54,777 nt of DNA from Desulfuromonadaceae bacterium (GCA_012512925.1 JAAZDE010000151.1:1-54777); one strand, 5' to 3'. Counted from the stretch's first letter, positions 23,165-33,170 are shown. Made by a program: numbers and translations. The notes: generated by a model from the sequence alone, not told the origin.

Positions 23165-24649
23165 ATGGGCCCTCTTCATAGAGCCTGTTTGCTGTCCCCC
23201 CCAGCTTTTTTTCTTTTTACGGCGTTTATCTGCCTGTCCCTGCTTTCGGGCTGTGCCGTCGGTCCCGACTATCTTCCCCCCCAGGCACAAGTACCCGATT
23301 CCTGGCATGCCAGACCCGACCCCGCCATGGTCCGCGATTGCCAGGCCATTCACCGTTGGTGGACCCTGTTCGACGACCCTCTCCTGGAAACCCTGATCCG
23401 GGAATCTGCCGCCGGAAATCTGGATCTCAAAACCGCTTACGCGAGGGTCAGAGAAGCCCGCGCCACCCTCGGCATCGCCCGCGGGGATCTGCTGCCCGAA
23501 ATCGGCGGCGGCGGCTCCCTAAATCGCCAGCGCACCAGTGACAACACCATCAATCCGGGCTCCATCGCCACCTATTACAAAACAGCTCTGGATGCGAGCT
23601 GGGAGATCGACCTGTTCGGCCGCATCCGCCGTTCGGTGGAAGCGGCGGCCGCGGATTATCAGGCCAGCCGGGAAGATGTCAACGATATCCTGGTGACCCT
23701 TCAGGCCGAGGTGGCCGTCACTTATCTCAACATCCGCACCCTCCAGGCCCAGCTCCGCGCCAGCGAAAGGAACATCTCCTCCCAGAAGCAATCGCTGGAA
23801 CTGACCCGCGCCCGTTTCAAGCATGGTCTGGCCACCGATCTCGATGTCGCCCAGGCGGAGCGGATCCTTTACAGTTCGGAAGCGGAAATGCCTCTGCTGC
23901 GAACCAGTCTGGCCGGGGCCATCAACGCCATGGCAGTTCTGCTGGGCGGCCCGCCTGGCTATCTTTCCGACGAATTTGCCCGGGAAGAGCCGATTCCCCT
24001 GCCCCCGGAGCCGGTGATGATCGGCATTCCCGCCGATCTGGTCCGCCGCCGTCCCGATATCCGCCGTGCGGAGCGGCAGCTGGCGGCCCAGACGGCGCGG
24101 ATCGGGGTGGCCACCGCCGATCTCTACCCGAGCTTTTCCCTTTCGGGGACCTTCGGTTTCGAATCCATTTCGACGGCCGATCTTTTCGACGCCGGGAGCC
24201 GGACCTGGTCTTATGGACCCTCCCTGCGCTGGCTGCTGTTTTCCGGCAACCGCATCCGCAACCGCATTCGGGCCGAGGATGCCCGCACCGAGCAGGCCCT
24301 GCTGAATTACGAAAAGACGCTTCTCAACGCACTGCGTGAGGTGGAGGATGGGGTGGTGGCATTTTCCCAGCAGCGAACAAGGGTGGCGGCTCTGGAGCGT
24401 TCTGTGGCCGCATCCCATCGCAACCTGCGGCTGGCCTCCAACCTCTACAAGGAAGGGCTGGTCGATTTTCAGAATGTGCTGGACGCACAGCGCTCCATTA
24501 TCCTTCTCGATAATGAACTGGCGGCGGCCAAAGGGGAGAGCGCCATTATTCTGGTGCGGCTCTACAAGGCTCTGGGCGGAGGGTGGGACCAGAAGGGAGA
24601 GGGGGCCAACGCTTTCGTGAAGCCGGCCCCCGGCGACGAAAATTTCTGA
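23165..24649 (+). CDS. RND efflux outer-membrane lipoprotein (NodT/OprM family)
   Basis: Lipobox LLSGC, WWTLFDDP, SWEIDLFGRIRR, RRPDIRRAE, LYKALGGGW. Confidence 0.93.
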   Translation: MGPLHRACLLSPPAFFLFTAFICLSLLSGCAVGPDYLPPQAQVPDSWHARPDPAMVRDCQAIHRWWTLFDDPLLETLIRESAAGNLDLKTAYARVREARATLGIARGDLLPEIGGGGSLNRQRTSDNTINPGSIATYYKTALDASWEIDLFGRIRRSVEAAAADYQASREDVNDILVTLQAEVAVTYLNIRTLQAQLRASERNISSQKQSLELTRARFKHGLATDLDVAQAERILYSSEAEMPLLRTSLAGAINAMAVLLGGPPGYLSDEFAREEPIPLPPEPVMIGIPADLVRRRPDIRRAERQLAAQTARIGVATADLYPSFSLSGTFGFESISTADLFDAGSRTWSYGPSLRWLLFSGNRIRNRIRAEDARTEQALLNYEKTLLNALREVEDGVVAFSQQRTRVAALERSVAASHRNLRLASNLYKEGLVDFQNVLDAQRSIILLDNELAAAKGESAIILVRLYKALGGGWDQKGEGANAFVKPAPGDENF

Positions 24650-24696
24650 GGTGGCCACTTTTCTGGATCTGAATTCACCATAGGGGAGTCAGCATA

Positions 24697-25905
24697 ATGT
24701 TCCATTCATACCCGGTGTCACGGCTTTTCCAGTGTCTTGTGACGGTTTCTCTTTTTCTACCGGTGCCGTTTTTGGTTGGCTGCGGAAATGAGCAGAAACC
24801 GGCCGCCGCTCCACCCCCACCGATGGTAACGGTCACGGCTCCGACGGCCCAAACGGTCACCGCTTACGCCGAATTCACCGGTGTCACCGCTCCTTTTGAA
24901 GCGGTGGAAATCCGGGCACGGGTTGTCGGCTATCTGGAAAACGTTCACTTCCAGGATGGCATCCTGGTGAAGAAAGGGGATCTGCTTTTCACCATCGATC
25001 CCAAGCCGTTCCGGGCCAAACTGGAACAAGCGAAGGCCGATCTGCTGGTGCGGGAAGCTGAAATGAATCTGGCCGCGACCACTTTGCGGCGCAAGGAAGG
25101 GGCGCTCAAGGACAAGGCGATCAGCGAGGTGGAGGTAATCCAGGCCCGGGCCGAGCAAAAAAAAGCGGCGGCTGCCGCCGAAGCGGCCCGCGCCCAAGTG
25201 GAGACGGCCCGTCTCGACCTTTCCTACACCCTGGTGCGGGCGCCGATCAACGGCCGCATCGGGCGCAATCTGGTCGACATCGGCAATCTGGTCGGCTCCG
25301 ACGGGCCGACCCTGCTGACCACCATCGTCAACGACAATCCGATCTACATTTATTTCACTGTCAGTGAACGGGATATCCTCGACTATCTCCGCAGCATTCG
25401 GGAGCGGAATGAGCCGCTCGACAAGTGGCGAAATCCGAAACTGTTCCTCGGCCTGGCCAATGAAGAGGGCTATCCCCATGAAGGAAAAGTCGATTTTGCC
25501 GAGAACACCCTCGATCCCGCCACCGGGACTCTCAAGGTTCGCGGTCTTTTCGACAATCGGGAAGGAATTCTGCTGCCCGGTCTTTTCGCCAAGGTGCGCC
25601 TGCCGGTGGGGAATCCCTACCCGGCGCTGCTGGTTCCCGACCAGGCGATCGGCAAGGATCAGCGCGGCAGCTTCATCCTGATTGTCAACAAAAAAAATAT
25701 CGTCGAGTACCGTCCGGTGGTGGCAGGACAACTTTTCGGCGCCGACCGGGTGATCCGCTCCGGCGTTGCCGAGGATGATCGGGTCATCGTTTCGGGACTC
25801 CAGAAGGCGATGCCCGGCATGCCGGTAACCGCGGTGCCGGCCGGCCAGGTCGGTTCTCCCGAAACAGGACCGGCGACACGTGAAAATGGGGGAGGTCCAT
25901 CCTGA
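24697..25905 (+). CDS. RND efflux periplasmic adaptor (MFP)
   Basis: Lipobox LVGC, VEIRARVVG, VKKGDLLFTIDP, LSYTLVRAPINGRIG, DPATGT. Confidence 0.93.
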   Translation: MFHSYPVSRLFQCLVTVSLFLPVPFLVGCGNEQKPAAAPPPPMVTVTAPTAQTVTAYAEFTGVTAPFEAVEIRARVVGYLENVHFQDGILVKKGDLLFTIDPKPFRAKLEQAKADLLVREAEMNLAATTLRRKEGALKDKAISEVEVIQARAEQKKAAAAAEAARAQVETARLDLSYTLVRAPINGRIGRNLVDIGNLVGSDGPTLLTTIVNDNPIYIYFTVSERDILDYLRSIRERNEPLDKWRNPKLFLGLANEEGYPHEGKVDFAENTLDPATGTLKVRGLFDNREGILLPGLFAKVRLPVGNPYPALLVPDQAIGKDQRGSFILIVNKKNIVEYRPVVAGQLFGADRVIRSGVAEDDRVIVSGLQKAMPGMPVTAVPAGQVGSPETGPATRENGGGPS

Positions 25906-28900
25906 TGTTCAGCCGTTTTTTCATTGAACGTCCCCGCTTTGCCGCCGTTATCTCCATCGTTATCGTCATCGCCGGCCTGGTGGTTTTCAACCTCCTCCCG
26001 GTGGCCATGTACCCCGAGATCACGCCGCCGACGGTCAAGGTGGAAGCCTTCTATCCGGGTGCCAACGCCAGGGTTCTGGCCGATACGGTGGCCGTTCCCA
26101 TCGAACAGGAGGTCAACGGGGTGGAGCAGATGCTTTACATGGCGAGCACCTGCTCCAACAACGGGTCCTATTCCCTGACCGTCACTTTCAAGGTGGGGAC
26201 CGACCTTGACATGGCGGCTGTCCGTGTCCAGAACCGCGTCGCCATCGCCGAATCCTCGCTTCCCGAAGAGGTCACACGGCAAGGAGTCACGGTCAGCAAG
26301 GAGTCGACCAACATTGTTCTTATCGCCGCCCTGACCTCGACCGACAAGCGCTACGACGAGCTTTTTCTCAGCAACTACGCGACGCTTCGGGTCAAGGATG
26401 AACTCTCCCGCCTCGACGGCGTCGGCAATGTTTTCATTTTCGGGGTCGGCGACTACAGCATGCGGATCTGGCTCGACCCGGCCAAGCTGAAAGCCAGGGG
26501 ATTGACCACCACCGACGTGGTCAGCGCCATCCGTGAGCAGAACGTCCAGGTGGCGGCCGGCCAGATCGGCCAGCCGCCGGCGCCGCCGGGACAGAACTTC
26601 CAGTATTCGGTCAACACCCTGGGGCGTCTGGAAGAGGTGGCGCAGTTCGAAGAGATCATCCTCAGCTCGGAACCGGGAGAAGGGCGCCTGCTGCGGGTCA
26701 GAGACGTGGCGCGGGTGGAACTGGGGGCGCAGAATTATGACATCTCTTCTCAACTGAAAGGCACTCCCATCGTCGGCCTGGGAGTTTTCCAGCTTCCCGG
26801 CGCCAACTCTCTGGAAGTTTCCCGGAAGGTCCGCGCCAAGATGGAGGAACTCAAGCAGAGCTTTCCTCCCGGCATGGATTACCGGGTTCCCTTCGACACC
26901 ACCGGCTACATATCGGCGTCGATTCGTGAGGTGCTGATCACCATCTTCATCGCCGCCGTTCTGGTCATCCTCACCATCCTGCTGTTTCTGGAGGATTGGC
27001 GGGCCACCTTGATCCCTGCCGCCGCCATCCCCGTCTCTCTGATCGGCACTTTCGCCTTCATGGGGGTGCTTGGTTTCAGCATCAACACCCTGAGCCTGTT
27101 CGGCATCGTTCTGGCCATCGGCGTGGTGGTCGATGACGCCATCCTCGTGGTGGAGAATACGGCGCGCAACATCACCGAAAACCGGCTGCCGCCCAAGGAG
27201 GCGGCAATCCGCGCCATGGAGGAGGTCACCGGCCCGGTCATCGCCACCACTCTGGTTCTGCTGGCGGTATTTGTTCCCACCGCTTTTCTGGGCGGGATTA
27301 CCGGCCAGCTCTACCGCCAGTTTGCCCTGACCATTTCCGCCGCCACCGTTTTCAGCTCCATCAACGCCCTGACCCTGAGTCCGTCGCTGTGCGCCATCTT
27401 TCTGCGCCAGCCGCGGGAAAAGCGAAACTGGTTTGTCCGCCTTTTCAATCGGGGGTATGAACGCAGCGCCGCCGTCTATCAGAAATCCCTGGCGCTGGTA
27501 ATGAGGCGGATGGCTGTCATGGTCATCCTTTTTCTGGCTCTGGGCGCGGCCACCTTTTTCGGTTACCTGAATATCCCCACCGGCTTTGTCCCCCCGGAAG
27601 ACCAGGGGTGGGCCATCGTCTTCGCCCAGCTTCCCGATGCGGCCTCCAAACAGCGTACCGAAGCGGTGGTTGCCGAAATCAACCAGAGGTTTGCCCGGAT
27701 AGAAGGAATTGAAAGCTGGGTGTCGGTGCCCGGCTTCTCCCTGCTGGACGGCGGCGTTGCCGCCAATGCCGCCACCTTTTGGGTGGTTTTTGACCCGTGG
27801 GAAAAAAGAAGGGCTTCCCATCTCAGCCAGGAAGCTCTCATCGGAAGGATGTGGCAGGAATTTTATACTATCCAGGAGGCCGCCATCATCCCCTTCGTCC
27901 CCCCCCCCATCATGGGGCTGGGGGAGTCGGGAGGGTTTCAGATGATGCTTCAGGACCGGGGAGGTGTCGGCTTCGATGCCCTCCAGGAGATGCTTGGGAT
28001 GGTGGTTCGGGATGCCAACGCCCGCCCTGGCCTGCAGACGGTCTACAGCACCTTTCGGGCCAATGTGCCGCAAATTTTTGTCGATGTGGATCGCACCAAG
28101 GCCAAAACCCTGGGCGTTCCCCTGTCGTCGGTCTTTGAAACCCTGCAGGCCTACCTTGGTTCCGCTTATGTAAATGATTTCAATAAGTTCGGCCGTTCCT
28201 ACCAGGTCAAGGTGCAGGCCGAACCGGAATTCCGGGCTTCGCTGGAGGACATCCGCCGGCTGGAGGTGCGCAACAACCAGGGTGGGATGCTCCCCCTCGG
28301 GACCCTGGTATCGGTGAAGGACGCTTTCGGGCCCCAGGTGATCAGCCGCTACAACCTGTATCCGGCCGCCGCCGTCAATGGTTCGGCGGCGCCGGGAGTG
28401 AGTTCCGGGGAGGCTCTCAACCGGATGGAGGAGGTGGTCCGCGCCCGCCTTCCCTCCTCCATGGGCTTTGAATGGACCGGCATCTCCTACCAGGAAAAAG
28501 CCGTCGGCGGGGAGGCGGTTTTCATTTTTCTGCTGGCGGTCGTTTTCGTCTATCTGACCCTGTGCGCCCAGTACGAAAGCTGGATGATTCCAGTGGCCGT
28601 CATTCTCTCCGTGCCTCTGGCCATTTTCGGCACCATGGCGGCACTGATGATCCGCGGTCTCGACATCAACGTCTATACCCAGATCGGCATGGTGCTGTTG
28701 GTCGCCCTGGCCAGCAAGAGTTCCATTCTAATCGTGGAATTCGCCAAAGAAATTCACACTTCGGGCAAAGGGGCGGTTGAGGCGGCGCTGGAGGCAGCCC
28801 GCCTCCGCTTCCGGCCTATTTTGATGACCGCGTTCACTTTCATCCTGGGAGTGTTTCCCCTGATCGTCGCCACCGGCGCGGGAGCCGCCGCCCGCCGCGC

Positions 28901-29063
28901 CCTCGGCACGGCGGTTTTCGCCGGTATGATTTCCGCAACCCTGCTAACTATTTTTTTCGTGCCGGTTTTTTACGTTTTGGTGCAGAAAATCCGGGATTTT
29001 GGCAAATCGAAAGGGACTGGGGGAGAAAAAGGGGAGGGGCCTCACAACAGCCCGAAGGCGTGA
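25905..29063 (+). CDS. HAE1-family multidrug efflux RND permease
   Basis: FFIERPRFA, VVDDAILVVEN proton-relay Asp pair, K..ILIVEFA, RFRPILMT. Confidence 0.95.
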   Translation: MFSRFFIERPRFAAVISIVIVIAGLVVFNLLPVAMYPEITPPTVKVEAFYPGANARVLADTVAVPIEQEVNGVEQMLYMASTCSNNGSYSLTVTFKVGTDLDMAAVRVQNRVAIAESSLPEEVTRQGVTVSKESTNIVLIAALTSTDKRYDELFLSNYATLRVKDELSRLDGVGNVFIFGVGDYSMRIWLDPAKLKARGLTTTDVVSAIREQNVQVAAGQIGQPPAPPGQNFQYSVNTLGRLEEVAQFEEIILSSEPGEGRLLRVRDVARVELGAQNYDISSQLKGTPIVGLGVFQLPGANSLEVSRKVRAKMEELKQSFPPGMDYRVPFDTTGYISASIREVLITIFIAAVLVILTILLFLEDWRATLIPAAAIPVSLIGTFAFMGVLGFSINTLSLFGIVLAIGVVVDDAILVVENTARNITENRLPPKEAAIRAMEEVTGPVIATTLVLLAVFVPTAFLGGITGQLYRQFALTISAATVFSSINALTLSPSLCAIFLRQPREKRNWFVRLFNRGYERSAAVYQKSLALVMRRMAVMVILFLALGAATFFGYLNIPTGFVPPEDQGWAIVFAQLPDAASKQRTEAVVAEINQRFARIEGIESWVSVPGFSLLDGGVAANAATFWVVFDPWEKRRASHLSQEALIGRMWQEFYTIQEAAIIPFVPPPIMGLGESGGFQMMLQDRGGVGFDALQEMLGMVVRDANARPGLQTVYSTFRANVPQIFVDVDRTKAKTLGVPLSSVFETLQAYLGSAYVNDFNKFGRSYQVKVQAEPEFRASLEDIRRLEVRNNQGGMLPLGTLVSVKDAFGPQVISRYNLYPAAAVNGSAAPGVSSGEALNRMEEVVRARLPSSMGFEWTGISYQEKAVGGEAVFIFLLAVVFVYLTLCAQYESWMIPVAVILSVPLAIFGTMAALMIRGLDINVYTQIGMVLLVALASKSSILIVEFAKEIHTSGKGAVEAALEAARLRFRPILMTAFTFILGVFPLIVATGAGAAARRALGTAVFAGMISATLLTIFFVPVFYVLVQKIRDFGKSKGTGGEKGEGPHNSPKA

Positions 29064-29476
29064 TACGCCATCAGAAAGACATAGGTTGCCACCATATTCA
29101 CCGCCAACAAGACGATCTTTCTGAATTTCCGGTATTTCCAGACCAGACTGAAGAGAAGGACGGTTACGCTCATTTTAAAGAGAAACGCGGTCTCGCTTTG
29201 CGATTCGAACAGGTACTTCATGAGGGGATTCAATTCCCCACCGCCGTTTTTCAACACATTCACGGTCAGGAAAAAATCCAGCAGATTGAGAATTACAAAG
29301 CTCAACAAAATCGCCATCATGGCAAGGCGGTTTTGGCTGAGAAAATAGAGGAAGCTGGTAAAGGAACGGCTTCTTCCGACGTTCCGGCGGTCAAAACCGG
29401 AGCGGTTTTCATGCCAGCGGAAACACGGCGGATTAATGCGCCGTTCCCCAATCCGTTGATCCCGAATAATGTCCAT
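29042..29476 (-). CDS. DUF5658-like membrane protein
   Basis: 'LNLLDFFLT..LKNGGGELNPLM..F..FK' pattern with three hydrophobic segments. The 3' end overlaps the RND gene by 22 nt. Confidence 0.7.
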   Translation of the reverse strand: MDIIRDQRIGERRINPPCFRWHENRSGFDRRNVGRSRSFTSFLYFLSQNRLAMMAILLSFVILNLLDFFLTVNVLKNGGGELNPLMKYLFESQSETAFLFKMSVTVLLFSLVWKYRKFRKIVLLAVNMVATYVFLMAYHAFGLL

Positions 29477-29767
29477 AATACTTTGCCCTCAACAAACGGA
29501 AATGTTTCTCGAGGCTCTTCTTGCTTCAATAATAACCTAAAATAGTTTTGTTTTTTTCTCCGGAACCGGCCCCTGGAATTTTTGGCGGGAATATTTTTAA
29601 CCTTTTGGGCTTTCCCGGGAGCTTAAATTCTTCCGATTTCAACTGTATCTTATTATAGAAAGTTTATGCGGGAAATTCAAAATTTTTATTAATTGTGGAG
29701 ATAATAGCAGGATAAAAACCGCAGTCAGGGAATCCGCCGGGGTTGCAAAACGGAGCGGAACAATTAA

Positions 29768-29786
29768 ACTGATGATAATCATTCTC
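29768..29786. promoter_or_regulatory. Fur/PerR-like box upstream of rubredoxin
   Basis: ACTGATGATAATCATTCTC matches 15/19 positions of GATAATGATAATCATTATC and lies about 40 nt upstream of the rubredoxin ATG. Confidence 0.55.
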
Positions 29787-29824
29787 TCCAGTTTGGAAAA
29801 AACATTTAAAAGGAGGTAACAGTT

Positions 29825-29983
29825 ATGGCGGCAAAGTATCAATGCGTATGCAACTATGTGTATGACCCTGCCGAAGGGGATCCGAAGGGGAAAATTCCAC
29901 CGGGAACGGCCTTCGAAGACCTTCCCGATGACTGGGTCTGCCCGGTCTGCGGCCTCGGCAAGGACGCCTTCGTGCAGATCTGA
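29825..29983 (+). CDS. rubredoxin (CxC...CPxC variant)
   Basis: Not in the ORF track. [52 protein letters not shown]; SD AGGAGG. Confidence 0.93.
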   Translation: MAAKYQCVCNYVYDPAEGDPKGKIPPGTAFEDLPDDWVCPVCGLGKDAFVQI

Positions 29984-30022
29984 TCGCGGAGATCCCCCTT
30001 CCCGATTCTGTTGCATCATCTG

Positions 30023-30064
30023 AAGCCCAGATGGAGAAATGCTGTCTGGGCTTTTTCTTTCTTT
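30023..30064 (+). terminator. intrinsic terminator after rubredoxin
   Basis: Stem AAGCCCAGATGG / CTGTCTGGGCTT followed by a T-rich tract. Confidence 0.75.
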
Positions 30065-30364
30065 AAAAAACCCTTTAATTCTGAAAACACCGCCTCCAGC
30101 CGTTACACTTGAACTGAGGCGGATTCACTCATTGTATCTCCTCGGTTCCGGCAAAAGCTGTGACGCCTGTCATGGGTAAAACGGTGGCTTGATGGTTCGT
30201 AATGGGTTTGTTTAGACCTGTTGCGGGGGCCAGGAGCCTTCCCTGCGGCTATTCCCTTGCCTGCTGTACGTCCCTCTTGGGTGCGGGGCGAGGACGGATT
30301 GAGCTGTGGTGCAATCGGTGGTTGCGGCAGAAAACTTCCTGAATGATTCGGGCTAGGAGGGGCC

Positions 30365-31303
30365 ATGTCTGCGGAAAGTTCGGGGCGGCCGGAGGTGGAG
30401 GTTGGTAGCGGAGTTGAGGGAGAGCCTTTTTTCGGAGCATCCTATCATCCCTTCCGTTATTTTTCGGTGCGGAGTGGCCAGGAGCTTGATCCTTTGATGG
30501 CGAGGTTCCTGGAACTGATGGAAACGGCCGATGAGATCAAGGCCAACCGGGAACTTTTCCGCCTGGCGGCACCCGATATAGAGCTGGCGGGGAGGGATCT
30601 CTGGGATGTGGTTCTGCGCGAGGCTCTTCTTTATTCCCGCTTCATGGTGCGGTCGCGGACGCAACAGGGGCGCCTGCTGCTGCCTCCGCGGATTATTTTT
30701 CATCTCCATCCTCACTTGGTCGGAAGATATGATTCGGGAGAATCGGCGGCGGGGGTTTCCTGCGAACAACTGAAGGAAGATTTTCCCCTCGTTTACATCC
30801 ACTTCGGCAAAGAGGCCGGGATCATTACCCCAGACGGCCGGAAGCCGATCGAGGGGGCTTATGCCCGTTCCCACTGGGATGCCGATAAGGAATCGCTGCT
30901 GATGGAGGTTCTTCTGGCCCCCGGTTCCGGTGGGGAAGAGACCTTTCTGCAGCTCTGTTCGATTCTCCGGCGCATGGCCCTGGACGGCGGCTATATCTAC
31001 TTTTGGCTCGGTTACGACAAGAAACCGTGTACCGTGGGCGAGGCCCTCGACTTGAATATGACCCTCAATGCCGAAGGACTTTCCGCCCAGGTTTTGCTGC
31101 GCAATGAGATCCAGAAGGAACAGGTTCTCGGTGCCTGCCGGGTGCTGGTTCCGTTTTTCCGGAGGATGTCGGCGATTCTGACCCTGGCGCGGCAGGAGGG
31201 GTTGGGCAGAAGGGAGGTGTGTGACGCAATCGATGTCCAAGGGGTCCGTGTGGAAAGGAGGGTCGTTCGGGGGGTGGAGGTTCTTCTGGTGGACGAAAAC
31301 TGA
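30365..31303 (+). CDS. hypothetical protein (312 aa)
   Basis: Long ORF with AGGAGG SD and protein-like composition; no motif recognised. Confidence 0.7.
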   Translation: MSAESSGRPEVEVGSGVEGEPFFGASYHPFRYFSVRSGQELDPLMARFLELMETADEIKANRELFRLAAPDIELAGRDLWDVVLREALLYSRFMVRSRTQQGRLLLPPRIIFHLHPHLVGRYDSGESAAGVSCEQLKEDFPLVYIHFGKEAGIITPDGRKPIEGAYARSHWDADKESLLMEVLLAPGSGGEETFLQLCSILRRMALDGGYIYFWLGYDKKPCTVGEALDLNMTLNAEGLSAQVLLRNEIQKEQVLGACRVLVPFFRRMSAILTLARQEGLGRREVCDAIDVQGVRVERRVVRGVEVLLVDEN

Positions 31304-31434
31304 AGATCGGCTGCCAGGTTCTACCGTGCCGCTAAAAAATGCCCTTTTGGCCCTTATGCCGTGTTGTTCTGATTAAGGGTGTAATGATATCGCGCCCCTG
31401 GTAAAGGTCCGCGCGGCTTGTCTAAAAGACCAAA

Positions 31435-31938
31435 TTATCGTTTTTCAGCAATCTGTTGCAGCTCAATGATCTGTCCTTCCACCAGTCCTTCCACCACCTT
31501 CAGCAGGCCGACGGAAACCGGCAGGTTCCACCGTTTGGGTCCGGCACTGCCGGGATTGAAGTAGAGAATCCCACCTCTTTTTTTCATTCGCGGGATGTGG
31601 CTATGGCCGCTGATGACGGCGGCCACTCCGGCCGCCACAGGGTCGATATCGAGCTGGTCGAGCTGGTGAAGGAGATAGAAATACCGGCCCCCCGCTTCGA
31701 CCAGTTCCTTTTCCGCAAGGGCTGCCGCCCAGCTGCCCCGGTCCACATTCCCCCTTACCGCCACCAACGGCGCAATAAGGCGCAGATCGTCAAGGATCTC
31801 GGGCCGGCCGACATCCCCGGCGTGGAGAATCAGGTGGCAACCCTGCAGGGCCGCGGTGGCCTGGGGACGAAGCAGGCCATGGGTGTCGGAAATGACGCCG
31901 ATAAGCAGGGGTGAATGTTGATCCGGGACATTTTTCAT
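31435..31938 (-). CDS. metallophosphoesterase, YfcE/MJ0936 family
   Basis: ISDTHG, HAGD, GNVD, GHSH, NPGS motifs. Confidence 0.9.
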   Translation of the reverse strand: MKNVPDQHSPLLIGVISDTHGLLRPQATAALQGCHLILHAGDVGRPEILDDLRLIAPLVAVRGNVDRGSWAAALAEKELVEAGGRYFYLLHQLDQLDIDPVAAGVAAVISGHSHIPRMKKRGGILYFNPGSAGPKRWNLPVSVGLLKVVEGLVEGQIIELQQIAEKR

Positions 31939-32447
31939 GGGCCATGGTCCACGGCTGGGATTTCCACAAAGAGCCCTTTTTCACGGTCTTTGCGGACTCG
32001 GCGGAAATCGAAAGAGTGGCCGTTCATTGCGATATAGGTGCCGGGGGACAGAAGTTGCACGGCGGCGGCGGCGAAGCCTATATTGAAGATGGCGTCGGTG
32101 CCGCTGAAGCGGCCGGGCAGCATCGATCCCGTCAGAACGACGGTTTTTTCTGGCAGCAGGCCGATGGCTTTGGCGGTCTCAACCATGGTGTCGGTGCCGT
32201 GAGTGATAAGAATCCTTCGGGCCGGGGAATTTTTCACCGCCGCGGTGATCAGCTCCCGATCCTCGTTGGTCAGGTCGAGACTGTCCTTGCGCAGCAGTTG
32301 GTGTATTTCATAGTGGAAGTTGAGGTTCAGGTGAGAAAGGATCTCGCGGATACTCGGCTCCCCCACCTGAAAGGCGCTCAGGGCATCGAAATAGATCTTG
32401 TCGATGGTGCCGCCGGTGGTAAAGATGGCGATTTTTGTTGGGTTCAT
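31935..32447 (-). CDS. short (single-domain) L-asparaginase-like protein
   Basis: TTGGTIDK and ITHGTDTM catalytic Thr motifs, VLTG. ATG32447 overlaps the HIT stop (TGATG). Confidence 0.85.
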   Translation of the reverse strand: MNPTKIAIFTTGGTIDKIYFDALSAFQVGEPSIREILSHLNLNFHYEIHQLLRKDSLDLTNEDRELITAAVKNSPARRILITHGTDTMVETAKAIGLLPEKTVVLTGSMLPGRFSGTDAIFNIGFAAAAVQLLSPGTYIAMNGHSFDFRRVRKDREKGLFVEIPAVDHGP

Positions 32448-32884
32448 CAATGATCCTGTCCCTGGGCTTCCGGCTTGAGGCCGCATTTTTTTTCCAGCAT
32501 GGCCGTCCATTCCTTGATCCGCTCCGCGGGGTAGGAAAGGTTTTCAAGCAGATTTCCCCAGACCGTAAGGGGCCAGCAAGGGTCTCCGGCGCGGCGTCCG
32601 ATCAGATGCAGATGGAGCTGGGGCACCAGATTGCCGATGGCGGCGAAGTTGATCCTGGGGAAAGCCAGCTCTTCGGTAATAAAACGGGCGATGGAAGCGC
32701 TTTCCTCGATGACAGCCCGACGGGGCTCCGGGGCCAGCTCGAAAAGGTTGGTCAGGTCGGTTTCGGGAACCAGAATGAACCAAGGGATGAGGGCGTTTTT
32801 GTGCAGCAGCAGATGGCTGCGGGGGAAACGTCCCAGCAGGTGGCAGTCGGCTCGTAATTGGGGATGGATCGAGAAGGGGGACAT
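32447..32884 (-). CDS. HIT-family protein
   Basis: FSIHPQL..D, PWFILVP, INFAAIGNLVPQLHLHLIGR..DPCWP..VWG. Confidence 0.87.
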   Translation of the reverse strand: MSPFSIHPQLRADCHLLGRFPRSHLLLHKNALIPWFILVPETDLTNLFELAPEPRRAVIEESASIARFITEELAFPRINFAAIGNLVPQLHLHLIGRRAGDPCWPLTVWGNLLENLSYPAERIKEWTAMLEKKCGLKPEAQGQDH

Positions 32885-33170
32885 GGCGTATCGCGTCGGC
32901 CTTTTATTTGGACAGTAAAGTTGTGGAGATCCTTTTCACCTGATAGTGAGCCATTTTATTTCTCCTGGGTTGATTGGGCAAGAAACGAAATGGCATAAAA
33001 ACTGGTTGTCCCAAAAACCGCATTCCGTCGAGATCAATCTCCGGCTCCTTCTGCAGGAAAAGGTGATCGACTTTTTCTCAAAGGAATTCAGCTTATTGTT
33101 GATCGGGAAGCGGAAAGGGGCACCCGATCGATATAAGAAGAGTATTACCTGTTGACTTGGCTAGATTAGT

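Noticed and set aside
30195-30290. Minus-strand GGGACGTACAG...CAGGTCTAAA resembling a c-di-GMP-I (GEMM) riboswitch
   Set aside because: Lacks the GGCAAA/GNRA-receptor P1 architecture, the spacing is too long, and only a 9-codon ORF follows.
32946-33155. 69-codon ORF between the HIT and GGDEF genes
   Set aside because: No SD or motif, opposite in orientation to both neighbours; likely promoter/intergenic DNA.
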